Shown: piece by piece, positions 37,249-48,955 of the stretch
How the letters are laid out: every line of letters begins with the position of its first letter
How positions within the stretch are numbered: position 1 is the stretch's first letter
NCBI RefSeq assembly: GCF_036321535.1
Contig: NC_087436.1
Coordinates: 119,290,001 to 119,354,000, forward strand
Length of the DNA: 64,000 bases
Source of the DNA: Camelus dromedarius
Taxonomy: Eukaryota
Reading direction: 5' to 3'
Translations under genes and position numbers: made by a program
The notes under the pieces: generated by a model
Told to the model about the DNA's origin: nothing
The model's input: only the letters and a program-made list of their open reading frames with translations
Database searches by the model: none

Positions 37249-38684
37249 TATTTTTACTTTTTGCTGTTACTAAGTCCTTTTCACAAAATTATGAGTGTAG
37301 ATGACAGCAAAGTTACCAATGTGGCAAAAATTGAAAGCTGGCCACTCTTTACAAATCCCCTATTTTGGGGGGAAAATTTTACTGGTCTGTGAAATCCCAG
37401 GTCTGGGCGCACCTGGGAACGAAACTCCAAAAACTCTTAGTTTCCCACACCCTTTCATCCTCTCCTCTTTTCAGAGTTTGATTTCAAAGAGGGCAGGGCC
37501 ATCTCTGCCTGGCATCCAGCCAGGCCCAGAACAGGTGCTCAGAAAACACTGGTTGAATACACTGTGATTCATGGTGAAATACATTCACTTGAAATGAACC
37601 TCAGAGGATAAACTTGGGAGCAAACTGATGAAGGGAGAGAGCTGGGTAAAGGGAAAGACCTCAGACCTCAGAGCCAGGAGTCAGTTCACATCCCGCCTCC
37701 CGCAAGAGGTTTAGAAAGGTCAGAAGACCTCACCAGCTCAGGAGCAGTAGTTCAGGTAAAATCATGTACTTTCTCTGAGCCTCAACTTCCTCTCCTGTGA
37801 AATGGGGATGATAATGCCCTGACCCAGGATTCCTCTCAAGAACAAAAGGCATGTGTACAGAAAACCACACTGTAGATAGTATGTAAATAGTTCGTGGTCC
37901 AACCCTCCAGAACTGCGTAGTCCGTAGCGTCCAGTTTACCCCTTCCGGCCTATACGCCAGCTTCTCTTGCGAGTCCTGTGAGCTGGTGCGGGAACCTGCC
38001 TCTGAAGTCCTGAATAGAAAATCTCAGTATCTGGCGCCTAGTAGGTGCTCAACAAATAAATCAAACAACAATGACCCCCAGGCAGGTCTCTCCTCATCTT
38101 TTGTAAGTAGGTAATCTCCCAGGCTCCTCCCTCTTTGATACTTATTTGCCTTTTTAAGGACAGGACTAAGAATCACATTTAGGAAAAGTGAGTGGGTGTG
38201 AAGAGACTTTGATTAAAAGGTTAGTGCACATTTTTGGTTCCTACTTCCGAATCTTCCAGAATTTATTTTTGCCTACTTAATAAAAAGAGCCATGTCACAT
38301 TTCTTTAGCTTGTCTTCTGGGTTAAAAAAAAATTTTTTTTTAAGCCTCTATTTTAAACCGCCCACTCCAGCCATCCCAGGACGTGGCGAGGAAGAGGGCG
38401 CAGACAGGTGGAGCGTGTGCCCGGGAAGGCGGGGGCCGAGAGGGCCCGGGGGCGGAGAAGGGCGGCTGCGGAGTTTAGGGCTTTTGCAAAAAGCAGCCCC
38501 ACGCGCCCCTCCGCGGGGGGCGTCTCCGCTCCGACGCTCCCAGCCCTCCAACCTCCCAGCGGCTTCCAGCACCCACTCGCGGATGCAGGGATCCGCCCGA
38601 CTCGAGCGCCCTCGGCTCGCGGACCCGCTCCCCGAGGCCCCCGGGCCGGTCGGAGGGGCGGGGCTAGGGCGGGGCGGCCGGCGC

Positions 38685-38693
38685 TGATGTAAT
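38685..38693 (+). promoter_or_regulatory. C/EBP-ATF response element-like motif TGATGTAAT
   Basis: Matches the CARE/AARE consensus TGATGnAAn, directly downstream of the GC boxes. Confidence 0.45.
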
Positions 38694-38749
38694 CCCCGCG
38701 CCTGGGCGGAAGGATATGGAGCGCGCCCGGTTGGCGGGGCGCTGAGGCC

Positions 38750-38938
38750 AGTTGCCGGGTAACGGAGCGGAGCGGCCGCGGCGCGCCGCCTCCCGCCCTC
38801 CGCCGAGTGGCGCCGGAGCCGCCGCCGCCGCTTTACGTAAGGCGCAGGCCAGGGCCGCCCGGCGCTCGGCAGCCGCTCGGAGCCCTCGGAGTGAGGAGGC
38901 GCCCCCGCCGACCGCCGCGCCGCCCGCCCGCTCGGCAG
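38750..38938 (+). other. Putative non-coding first exon (5'UTR); gene unidentified, ZBTB40 is a tentative guess
   Basis: Lies downstream of the GC boxes, has no ATG, and ends at donor CAG|GTACGG (intron from 38939). The TSS position is approximate. Confidence 0.6.
38751..38763. promoter_or_regulatory. RFX X-box GTTGCCGGGTAAC
   Basis: Matches GTNRCC(N0-3)RGYAAC inside the island, near the presumed TSS. Confidence 0.6.
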
Positions 38939-41059
38939 GTACGGCAGGCGGGCTGGGACGGGCTGGGGCCCCTCGGCCGGGTGGGCGCGGGCGGGCCGGC
39001 CACCGCCGCCGCCGCCAAGAGGTTCCTGGGGCGGCCTGAGGGAGGCCGGGCCGCCCCGCCGGGCCGTGGGCTCCTCGAGGACTCCGGCCGGGCCGCGGGC
39101 GTGCGGTGGGCTGCGGGCCCGGGGACCCCTGCCCTGGAGACCACCGCGCCGCGCGCCGGGCGGGCGCGGGGCGGACGATGAGTCCGCACAATGGGCCGGT
39201 GTCGCCGCGCTGGGAGCGGCTCTTTGGGGGGAGGCGAGGCGAGAAGGGGAGCGGACGTGCGGCCGGGCATGGAGCCCGGGAGCGGTGGCGGCGGCGGGAC
39301 TCCCGGAGTGGCCGGCCGGCGGGTGGGCGCTCGCTGCGCTGCCCTCGGCCCGCTGCGTCCCTCCGCCCCCTCCCCTCCTCATTGTCCTTTAGGGGCCCGG
39401 GAAGGGAAACTGCCGGCGGGGGAGGGGCGGAGCGGGGCGGGGCCGGCGCGGACAGACGGGCGCGCGGGCCTGTGGCTCTGCGCGCGCGGGGCGGGCCCTG
39501 GCGGCGGGGCGGGCCCTGCGGCGCAAGGTTCGGCGAAGGTTACGGCCGCCCGCGGGAGCCACGGGCCCGCAAAGTCACCCGCGGCCGCGGTGGGAGAGGA
39601 CCAGGGCCCTCTCGCGCACGCGTCCCCGGCTGCCTTTCGGAGCTCGGCCCCCGAGGAACGGGTTGTCGCGGGGGAAGTGCTGCAAGCTGCCCCGGGCTTT
39701 AGCGTGCAGCGGGCGGTGCGCGGATGACAGGGCCTGCCCAGTCTTAGCAGCAGACCCCAATCGAGGCAGAACCTAGTTTTGATTTCTCTTTCACCACATT
39801 ACAGTTTTTGTCCTCTATAGGCAAGCTGTGGAGACTTAACCTAATAAAAAGTGTAGGAGATTAAGCGGGTAGGGCGACGTGCGGTTCGTTGGAATGGTTT
39901 AACTAAGTATGATTTCTGCTAATAATTACCTGATTTGGGTTCTTGGATTTCTAGGTTGGGTACTTCGTCCAAGTTCCTAAGAATCGATTTTGCATCTTTG
40001 AGTCTTTGCTTGTTTAGAGAAACCGTGGTGGAAGATTGGTGATGGGTCGGGGGCAAGCGTTTTGATAATAGGTGATGTTGTGGATAAAACTTAACTGTAC
40101 AATCTAATCCCTAAGCTAGGGTTCTCCTGTGCAAGCTAAGACCCGTGCCAGAACAGCTTGACCATTGCGTGGACTTTGAATTTAACGGGGGAAAATACCA
40201 CTCTGCATCCTGAAGGTCAAATACTCTCCCATCGATTATTTTGGCTTGATCCATTCATAAACGCTTCTCAGGATCTTTATGCCATTTCTTTGTGACAAAA
40301 ATTATTTCTGAAATTGTGCCTTTGCATACCTATAGGTAAGCTTCTTGCAATTAATACTTACTATGTTCTAGAGTTGACAGCTCTACTTGCTAAATAATTA
40401 ATTTTTAGTAATTAAAAAATATTTACCGCTTCAGTTTGGGCACGTGTGTAATGGTTTTCACTTAAGCCTGTTTCATAAATGAAATGCCAATTTGGCCAGT
40501 GAAACATTGAAGGGAGAAGAGAATATTACTCTTAAATGTTTAATTTTGTAGGAAGTAGAATCAGAGGTACAGATTTTTTTTGTTTGTTTTTTAAAGAAAA
40601 GTACAGACTTTACATGGTGTTAACATCATCAAGTCTGTAACTATTTTAAGGGTAGTTTATTTGTTACACAAGTTGTAAGCATTTAAGAAAATTAAATGGA
40701 TTTTTAGCATTTCTCTAATGATATCTATCACTCTGTGCTTTATTTTAGGGTAGCACTTTTCAGAAACAGTTGGGTTGTTTTTATTTTGCATTGTGCGGAA
40801 GAGTACTGAGCCTGAGTAGAACTCTCCCTGTTTTAGCAACATTTGACTTGGAGCCATTAATGGCGGCTGAGCCAGTTTGTTGTCTGTAAATTGGAAACAG
40901 TGATGATACCTGTCTCACAGGATGGTTGGGATGATCAAGTGAGGGGAGATGTGAAATCATTCCATCAACACTCAGTCCCTTTAAAAATATTAGATAGTGC
41001 TGTTATGTCAGAGCTTCAGATTCCTTTCTTGGCTTAAAGCTTGGTCTTCAGACTCTTCC

Positions 41060-41610
41060 CCACCCCTTCCTGTCTACACTTTGCCTGGCTGTGAGGTCAT
41101 CTTTCCTAAACACAGATTGGATCTTGTCAGTCTGTGGCTCAGAAAGCTTCTAAGATTGCCTGTTGTTTGGACTAGAATCCAGACCACCAGCCTCACGTTC
41201 AAGGCAGCTCCCAGTCTGAGCCTAGTCAGACTGAACTTCGCTGGTCCCCTTTGTTCCCTTTCCACACTGTACTGCTAAATGAGACCACTCCTGGTTCTCT
41301 GAGCGTGCCAACTGCTTCACCCCTTCTTCCCTCTGTCCTTTTCTCTGATTGGAATGCCCTGTCTCACTTCCACCCCCTCCACTTTTTAAAAGTCCACATC
41401 AGATTTTATGTCCTCTCTGGAGCCCTTAGGAAATCCTATCAAAATGAATTATTTCTGCAGTCACAATCCTCACTTCGAAATTTTCACTTTCATTATTGCC
41501 TGTGTCACATGTGTATGTTGAACTCTGGCTGTGGTGACCATGTCATTATTTTACCCCCAATACCTTGTTCAGGGGTTTAAACATGAAAATGTTCAAATGT
41601 TTGCCAAATG
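41060..41610 (-). mobile_element. LINE-2 fragment
   Basis: tcatctttcctaaacacagattggatcttgtca, ttctctgattggaatgccct, degenerate L2 3' end. Confidence 0.6.
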
Positions 41611-43216
41611 AAGTCAAAGTCTGTAATCCACCTTATGGAGGGCATTATTATTATAAAGTGTTTTAATAACAAATGTCAGAATACCAACCAGAACACTGGA
41701 AATGCAGTTTTATTATGTTGAAGATAGTTAATACTTGGCATATTTCTTTTCAGTTATTTTTGACTTCTCACAAAATACCAAGTGATATTTTTATACAAAG
41801 TACAAATGTCCACCTCTGCCATCTGTGTTGAAACTTTTAGGGTCCATGAGCCAGCACTGCTGAGTGAAGTCACTGCCACTGTCTATTGGGAGAGGGGATC
41901 AGAGGACAAGTTTTAAAGTATTCTTTATCTGTGAAATATAATTGCACTCCCAGCAGATTACATTCCATTACACTGGGTGGTTTTTTGGAGAGATTTATTA
42001 TATCCGTAAAAAGTAAACTGCTTTTGAGGGGGCTTATTTACAGAGCATCAGACCTGGGTATTTGAAAGACTCAGGTTTGTGTCTTGGCTCATCTCACCCC
42101 CAGGTCACCACGGGCAAGTCATTTAACTCTTGGACTCCAGTTTTTTTTCGTGAAATGAAAACAGCTTTGTCCGCGTTATGTTTGCTTTGCATTGTCACTT
42201 AAAGTGGGCTGTACTGTGTGTACTGCACACCCTTGTTCAGATATAAGGCAATAAGATGTATTACTTTACAACACATTTGTCCTTGTTACCCAGGCTGGGA
42301 ACAATTTTTTGAGTCTTCCCTTTCTTGACCAGATTTTTATCAGGTCTGCTTCCGTGTGTCTTTTCCATCAACTTTTTTTTTTTTCTCCTCAGCCATTCTT
42401 CCACCCCTGCCCTCGCTGGCTCTTGTCAGGCCATGTGTAGGTTGTTACTTAGGCCTACAGATTGGCCTCCCGATTTCTCTCCTCTCTAGTCCTCCTGTGT
42501 TCTGCTACCAGAATTATTCAATATGCAAATCAAATCATATCATGCCCTTCCCCCCCCAGGTATATACCAGAGGTTCTTAGCATTTCCCCCGACTCCATCA
42601 CACCTGTGGGATATGACCTAGTTCTGGCTGTAGGCTTACTCCTACGAAGATTTCCACCTTGGAGCCACCACCACCTGACCGGTTGAGAATTAGTGTTAAA
42701 GGGTTAGTAAATCATTCTGAGACCTGTGCCATCTGGCCTCATTGTAACTTTTAGCTTCAAATTTTACTGCTCCTCTCTCATCAGCTTATATTTTAACATT
42801 AGACCTCTAGCCACTTTCATGGTTGTTTGTTGGACTCCTTTACTGGAATGTCCTTTCTGCCTTTTCCTTACCAGAATCCTTAGTACTGAAGGCTTGGCTT
42901 AAATGCTTCTACTTCTATGAAAGAGGCTTCCCCTGATTTTCAGAATTAACTTGTCATTATATTTCCCCCACACAGTGTTGGATGATACTTGCACTCAGCT
43001 TTTTTTTTTTTTTTAACTTTTTAGTTTATTCTTTACGTGGGTTTTAAACTCCTTAAGGGAAGAGAGGAAAATCTTATCCATTCCTGATTCCTTCTAGTGT
43101 GCAATGTAGTCTTTCACATAGTACTTGTCCATTAAATGCTTGATTGAATTAACTCAGTCACCCTCCATTTCTTGATTTCAGCAGATGGGAAACAGGGTTG
43201 GAATGGCTTAGTATGA

Positions 43217-43741
43217 TTCGGTTGTTTGTTTTTTTTGTTATTGAGTTGCATGAGCTGTTTGTATATTTTGGGAATTAAGCCCTTGTCAGTCTCATCGTTT
43301 GCAAATATTTTCACCCATTCCATAGGTTGTCTGTTTTGTTCTGTTTATGGTTTCCTTTGCTGTGCAAAAGCTTACAAGGTTAATTGGTCCAATTTGTTTA
43401 TTTTTGCTTTTATTTCTATTGCTTTGGTAGGCTGACCTAAGAAAACCTTACAATTTATGTCAGAATGTTTTGCCTGTGTTCTCTTCTAGGAATTTTATGG
43501 TGTCCTGTCTTATTTAAGTCTTTAGGCCATTTTGAGTTTATTTTTGTGTGCGTTGTGAATGTTCTAACTTCATTGACTGGCGTGCGGCTTTCTAGCTTTC
43601 CCAACACCACTTGCTGAAGAGACTGTCTTTTCTCCATTGTGTATTATTGCCTCCTTTGTTGAAGATTAATTGACCGTAGGTGTGTGGGTTTATTTCTGGG
43701 TTGTCTGTGCTGTTCCATGGATCCATATGTCTGTTTTTGTG
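43217..43741 (-). mobile_element. Internal LINE-1 ORF2 fragment bounded by a TSD
   Basis: ORFs 43132..43323(-) EWVKIFANDETDKGLIPKIYKQLMQLNNKK and 43455..43637(-) HTKINSKWPKDLN are L1 ORF2p. Direct repeats ggaatggcttagtatga (43200-43216) / ggaatggctttatatga (43742-43758). Confidence 0.9.
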
Positions 43742-45329
43742 GGAATGGCTTTATATGAGAGCTTCATATATCCACATGACACACTCAGAACAGGGCCCAG
43801 TAAGTGCTCAGTAAGTGGCAGCTTTTAGCTATTAGTTGGAGCAGGTGTGGAGAACACTAGTGGATACGTAGTTGGTTGATTATATATGCCGGTTACTGTA
43901 ACTGTTGACAGATTTATTTCTGGTTCATGTGTAAAGGAAAAAAGAATCATCTGGTCTTTCCAACATCACCTCCATTCTTTGATTAGTTTTGAGAATAAGC
44001 AGAAAAATGCATATCTGGTTGGAGGGAGCTTCTGCACAAGCAGATTCATGATGATGGTCCAAAATTACTCTGAAGACAGGCAAACCTTCTGTAGGTGAGC
44101 CAGATTTTTTGCATGTGGCTTAAGAAAGTCAGTGTAAGTGGATTGTCAAATTTTACACTGTGTATTATTTTCAGTAAAGCACATGTTTTCATTTTAATCT
44201 ATGTCTTATAATTATACATTGAGCAATAGAATCTCCCTACTTGGTATTTGGAATGACTGTTGAAATTTTGTTTTTGATGTCATCTCCAAAGCTTTTTCCT
44301 GTTGGTAGGCTTTCTCCATAGTCCTCTGTCTCTCCATTTGTCTGCTCAGTAGTCTTAACCCCCCCCCCCCCCCGGCTAGATGGGGAGAAGCTGATGAGGA
44401 AAACGAGCTGCAATTTTGAAACTTAATTAAATATTTAGTTACTATTTTTAAATTTATATGCATGACTTATTGTCAAGTTGTATCCAGAAGCTTTAAAAGG
44501 TGGTATCTGTTGGTTCTAATATAATATGGAATTCCCCACTAGCAGCAACGTAAGAATATGTATTGATTGCTATTTAACTTACATTAACTACATATATGAT
44601 TATGAGCTTTTTTAGTCATTGGAAATCTATATATTTCTAATAAATCTCTTTTAAAATCTGTCCCGAAGAATTGGGGATGATAGGCCTGTCCCAGTGGATG
44701 GACTAGTATCTATTAGAAATAAAAGCAATCGGACAGTTAGAGGATTAATAATTGCACAGCGGCTTGAGGGTGTGTTGCTTTGTGTGTGTGTGTTTCTAGC
44801 TAGAGTGATGAAAGAATGTGAGTCCTGTGAATACAGGCAGCGTGTGTATATGTGTGTGTTTGTGTGTATGTGGTTGTCTGGTGCCTGGAAGCGAGCTGTG
44901 TGTCTGTAGTGCCTGGCACCGGGAGCAGTCACTCAGTATACACCTTGAAATAAAATGGGTCAGTCACCTCTTGGGGGAAAAAATACTTGGAGATAAGTGA
45001 GTATAAAGAAGTGGGCCTCAACATACTTTGAAATTTCTTTTTTGGTAATGTGGCTGTTAATCACAGCGGGAGGTAGAAAGTGGGGAGAGGTTTATTTTCC
45101 CTTTCAGTTGGGACTTTGCTTCTAGTTCAATTACATTTTCCAAAGTACCTTTGGAATTGTAATAGCCAGTACATAACTATTTCAAAATTGTTTGCCCAGT
45201 TTGTGGATTTATTCAAGCTCTTTATTTTTTTCTTCAATTACTAGCCTTTTCAAAGGTATCTGATTAACATTTTTCTCCTTGTTAGCATCTTTCCTGAAGA
45301 TTTTAATGATGGGAAAGGTTGAAAACGAA

Positions 45330-45429
45330 TGTTTTATTAAAGTGTAATTGACTTACAATATTGTGTTAGTTTTGGGTGCACAGCATAGTGATTCAGTTCT
45401 TTTTATACATTACAGAATGGTCACCATGA
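45330..45429 (-). mobile_element. ~100-bp LINE-1 (L1MA9-like) 3' terminus
   Basis: ttattaaagtgtaattgacttacaatattgtgttagtttt...cagcatagtgattcagt. Possible TSD aaaggttgaaa (45314-45324) / aaaagttgaaa (45430-45440). Confidence 0.75.
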
Positions 45430-46344
45430 AAAAGTTGAAATTAAATAGACACATTTTTTGATCCTTTTTTTGGTGGTGGTTGTTACTTGTCACTGCTTCC
45501 TTTGATTACCACCATAGATAATTAAGTACTGGTTGTATTCTTGTTAATTTTTTGCTGGTACCATCGAAGGAATTTCTTGTTTTTATAAAATGTAAAGCTT
45601 AATTTAAAACTATCAAAGTATATTTTGTATGTTTGACCAAAGCGTTATTTTGAATATAAATAACTCTTATAAAGCCTATTTATTTTTTAAAAAGTACGTG
45701 TTGAAAAATCTAAAACAGCAGTTATAAGATGTTATAGTAAGTTATAAGATGAAAAATAAATCTCCTCTTTTGTGCCCCTTCCTGTCCTGTAGTCATCTTG
45801 AAAAATCACTGATAAGCTTCTTGGTTATCATAGAAAAAATTTATGCTTATGCTTTTAAAAACTGGGTGTCATGGTAGAGAGTGTTCTGTTTAAACAAACA
45901 CTAAACTTTGTATCTTGGAGTGCTTTCCATATCAGCACAAACAGATCTACTTCACTGTGTTTTTTTTTTTTAATGTGCCTAGTATCCCACGGTATGAGTG
46001 CACCAGCCGGAATCTGTTTAACTGTAAGGGGTGGGCTCCTAGTTACAGTGAGGCAGTGAGCATTTTTATCCATATGTTTTGGGAAACTTAGGTGAGAAAC
46101 CGTCTTACTCTAAGCAGCTTTAAAATAAAAAAAAACTGACCAAAAAGTTCCTAACTTCTCTAAATTATCATTGATCGTGTTAAAATTTTTCTTGGTGGCT
46201 ACATTTTTTAAATTAATTCTAGACATCAGGCAGGATATTTTCTCTGAAGTAGTCCTGTGGTGCGATTTTGTACTATCAAGGAAGACAGTTCTTTGTATTT
46301 CATGTTAAATACCAGGTTAATAAAAGTTATAAAGGCTCGGGATT

Positions 46345-46490
46345 GGCTTCCTGAGCCAGCACCCTGTACTGACACAGAGGGTCGTCCCTTGGTTTAATGC
46401 TCGGCTGTCACAGTCTTGATGCTCTTTTTTGTGCAAGGGGCCTGCATTTTCACTTTGCACCAGACCCCACGCATTATGTAGCCAGCCCTA
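46345..46490. mobile_element. MER91-like hAT MITE
   Basis: ttggtttaatgctc...caaggggcctgcattttcactttgcac...attatgtagccagccct. Confidence 0.65.
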
Positions 46491-48240
46491 TAGAAACGGA
46501 AGCATGTGAAAGGGAGAATCCCTCATCCTCACGCCTCCTGACCCCGCTCCTTGTGAGTGACTTCCTCCACAGTTTAGTGCGTCCACTCAGGGGCTTTTTG
46601 AAATGCAAGTACAAGTGCACACACATCACACTTGAGTCTTCTTAAAAAACTGCTAAATTAAAATACGTAAAGTCAGTGTGTACTGTTTTTTTGGAAAACT
46701 CCATAATGATGTAGACTGCTAGAAACTTAAAAAAAAATTTAAAGAGCCCTAAAAACCTTAGTAAGAAATTGGTACTGAACTGCAGTTTTAGACTTTGTAT
46801 TGGTTGTTGCCTTTTTTTAAGTGTGCTTGAAGCTTTAGGGAAACAACTTAAGTTACAGTGTTAAGATACCTGTCTCTGATGAGATTTCACTGTCTAAAAT
46901 CTAGTCAAATAAACCCTAAGCCCATTAGAGCAAGTCTAGAGTGAAAATAAAGTTTATTCATCAGTTAGGCTCAGTTGAATGAGGGATTCACTAGTGGGTA
47001 TTGAGGATTATTTGGGGCTTTATTAAAAAGTAGTCAGAGCTCGTGGTGAAGGGGAAAAGGTAAAGGATCCTTAAAAGTAGCTGCAGAAAATGCCTAAGGA
47101 GGAGAATGAGCTCAGGCTTGTTAAAGCACTTCCCGCATGTGAGGTTTTGTTCGGGCCCTCAGGTAAACTGTGTCCTTCAATCCTTCTGACAACCCTTGAG
47201 AGGTGGCGCTGTCTTTGTTTTACAGAGGATGACACTGCGACTCCGAGGTCTCGAGAAGCTTCCCTAAGGTTGCACGTAATGCATGCAGAGCATGGGCCCA
47301 GACTTCCATCTTTGCAACTTAAAGTTCACGTACTTTCTACTGCCTGACCCTTCCTCCAGGTGTATCCATTCACACAGTACTTGACTGCCTGCAGTGTCCT
47401 AGGCAGAGATGTCAAGATGGTTAGACATGTAGGAGACTTACCGGAGGAGCTGGCAGTGAGAGTCAAGGAGAGGGAGGGAGCAAGAGTGCTAGGAAGGGTC
47501 TCCTGACTTCCATGCAGGTGTGACCCTGAGGGGGTGTCACCCTGTGCAGGGAGCGATGGGGGGGGCTGGGCCAGGGCAGTTTGGAGACAGCCTTGGCCAG
47601 GCTTTTGGGCTCTGTGCAGATAGGGCCTGGTAACCCTTCCTGGCCAGCATTGCTGGGAGCAGCCTAAGGGACTCGTGGCCTGATATCCTTGCTGTGGTGA
47701 CTCTGAATGCGTAGCAGCATGAGGCTGTCAGTCAGCTGGGCTCCCCAGGGCAGGTTCTCCTGAGGGGCTGTCTGACTACCTCGTGGCCACCATGCTGTCC
47801 TGCCCTGGCCGGGGTTGGGGAGAGACTGACAGTGCGAGTAAGGAAATGGATACACATGCCGAGTGAAAATTTTGTGCTGAGAGGAAAAATAAAGTAGAAC
47901 ATAAGGGTGTTGTGCTGTTTAGGGTGGACAGGGAAGGGCTTTCTGGTAAGATGACACTTTGAGCTGAGACCTGGGGGAAGGATGGGGGAAAGATGTGGAG
48001 ATACCTGAGGAGCAGAGCCCTGTTCAGGGAGAGGGCAGAACAGGTGAAAGACCCCGGTGGGGGATCGTTGTGAAGGCAGAAATAAGAGGGTTTGTGGTGG
48101 GCTAGGTATGGATTGTGAGCGGAAGGGGGAGAGTCAAGGATGATGCCAGAGATTTTGGCTTGAGCAGTGGAAACATGGACTTGCCCTTGCCCATCATTGG
48201 GAAGGTCATGGCAAGGATTGTGGTGAGAATTCAGAGGTTT

Positions 48241-48495
48241 TTATTTTATTTCATTTTATTTATTTTTATTTATTGAACTCTAGTCAGTTTACAATGTGTT
48301 AGTTTCTGGTGTACAGCATGTTTCAATCACACATAAACTCATACATACTCGTTTCATGTTCTTTTTCATTATAGGTTACTATAAGATATTGGACATAGTT
48401 CCTTGTGCTATACAGTATAAACTTATTGTTGCTATTTGTTTTATGTATAGTAGTGTCTGCAGATCTCAAACTCCCAACTTATCCTTTCCCACCCC
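48241..48495 (-). mobile_element. Young LINE-1 3' end with TSD, inside L2
   Basis: T-rich tail then gtttacaatgtgttagtttctggtgtacagc...ataggttactataagatattg. TSD cagaggttt (48232-48240 / 48496-48504). Confidence 0.85.
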
Positions 48496-48664
48496 CAGAG
48501 GTTTGTTTTTTAGACATAAATTGAAATGCCAATTAGACACCTAACTGTCTAGTAGCTTGATGGCTCTAGAATTTTGGGGTTCACAAGAGGGAAGCAGAGT
48601 AAAGAGAAAGTTGGAGTAATCTCTACATAGATGTATTTAAAATCATGGAGCTGGAGACCATCTA

Positions 48665-48955
48665 GGACTGTGCTGTTTAGTAAGGTAGCCATGAGCTGCA
48701 TGTGGCTTTTGAGCACATGAAGTGTAACTGGTTTGGCGTGAGATGTTCTGTAACATCAAATACATACTGAATTTCAAAGACTTAGTATGAGAAAAAAAGG
48801 AAGTAAAATAGCTCAGTAATCTTTTACCGGGATTCTATTTGGAGTGATAACATTTTGGATCTTTTGAGTTGTATAAAATATAGTATTAATGTATAATATG
48901 GCTACTAGAAAATTTTAAATTACAGAGGTGTGACCCAAGTTTTCTGTTGGGTGAT
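48665..48955. mobile_element. MER33-like hAT-Charlie MITE
   Basis: ggtagcc...catgtggct, atttcaaagacttagtatga, gtgataacattttggat, ggctactagaaaattttaaattac. Confidence 0.8.

Larger units (their letters stand above)
38370..39760. promoter_or_regulatory. CpG island / TATA-less promoter of a + strand gene
   Basis: Very high GC and CpG density over ~1.4 kb against a CpG-poor background. Tandem GC boxes (GGGCGGGGC) at 38655-38676; no TATA box seen. Confidence 0.93.

Noticed and set aside
38348..39382. 344-aa ORF (-) and other long overlapping ORFs in the CpG island
   Set aside because: Low-complexity Ala/Arg/Pro/Gly translations open in several frames, as expected from stop-codon scarcity in very GC-rich DNA; no recognisable domain.
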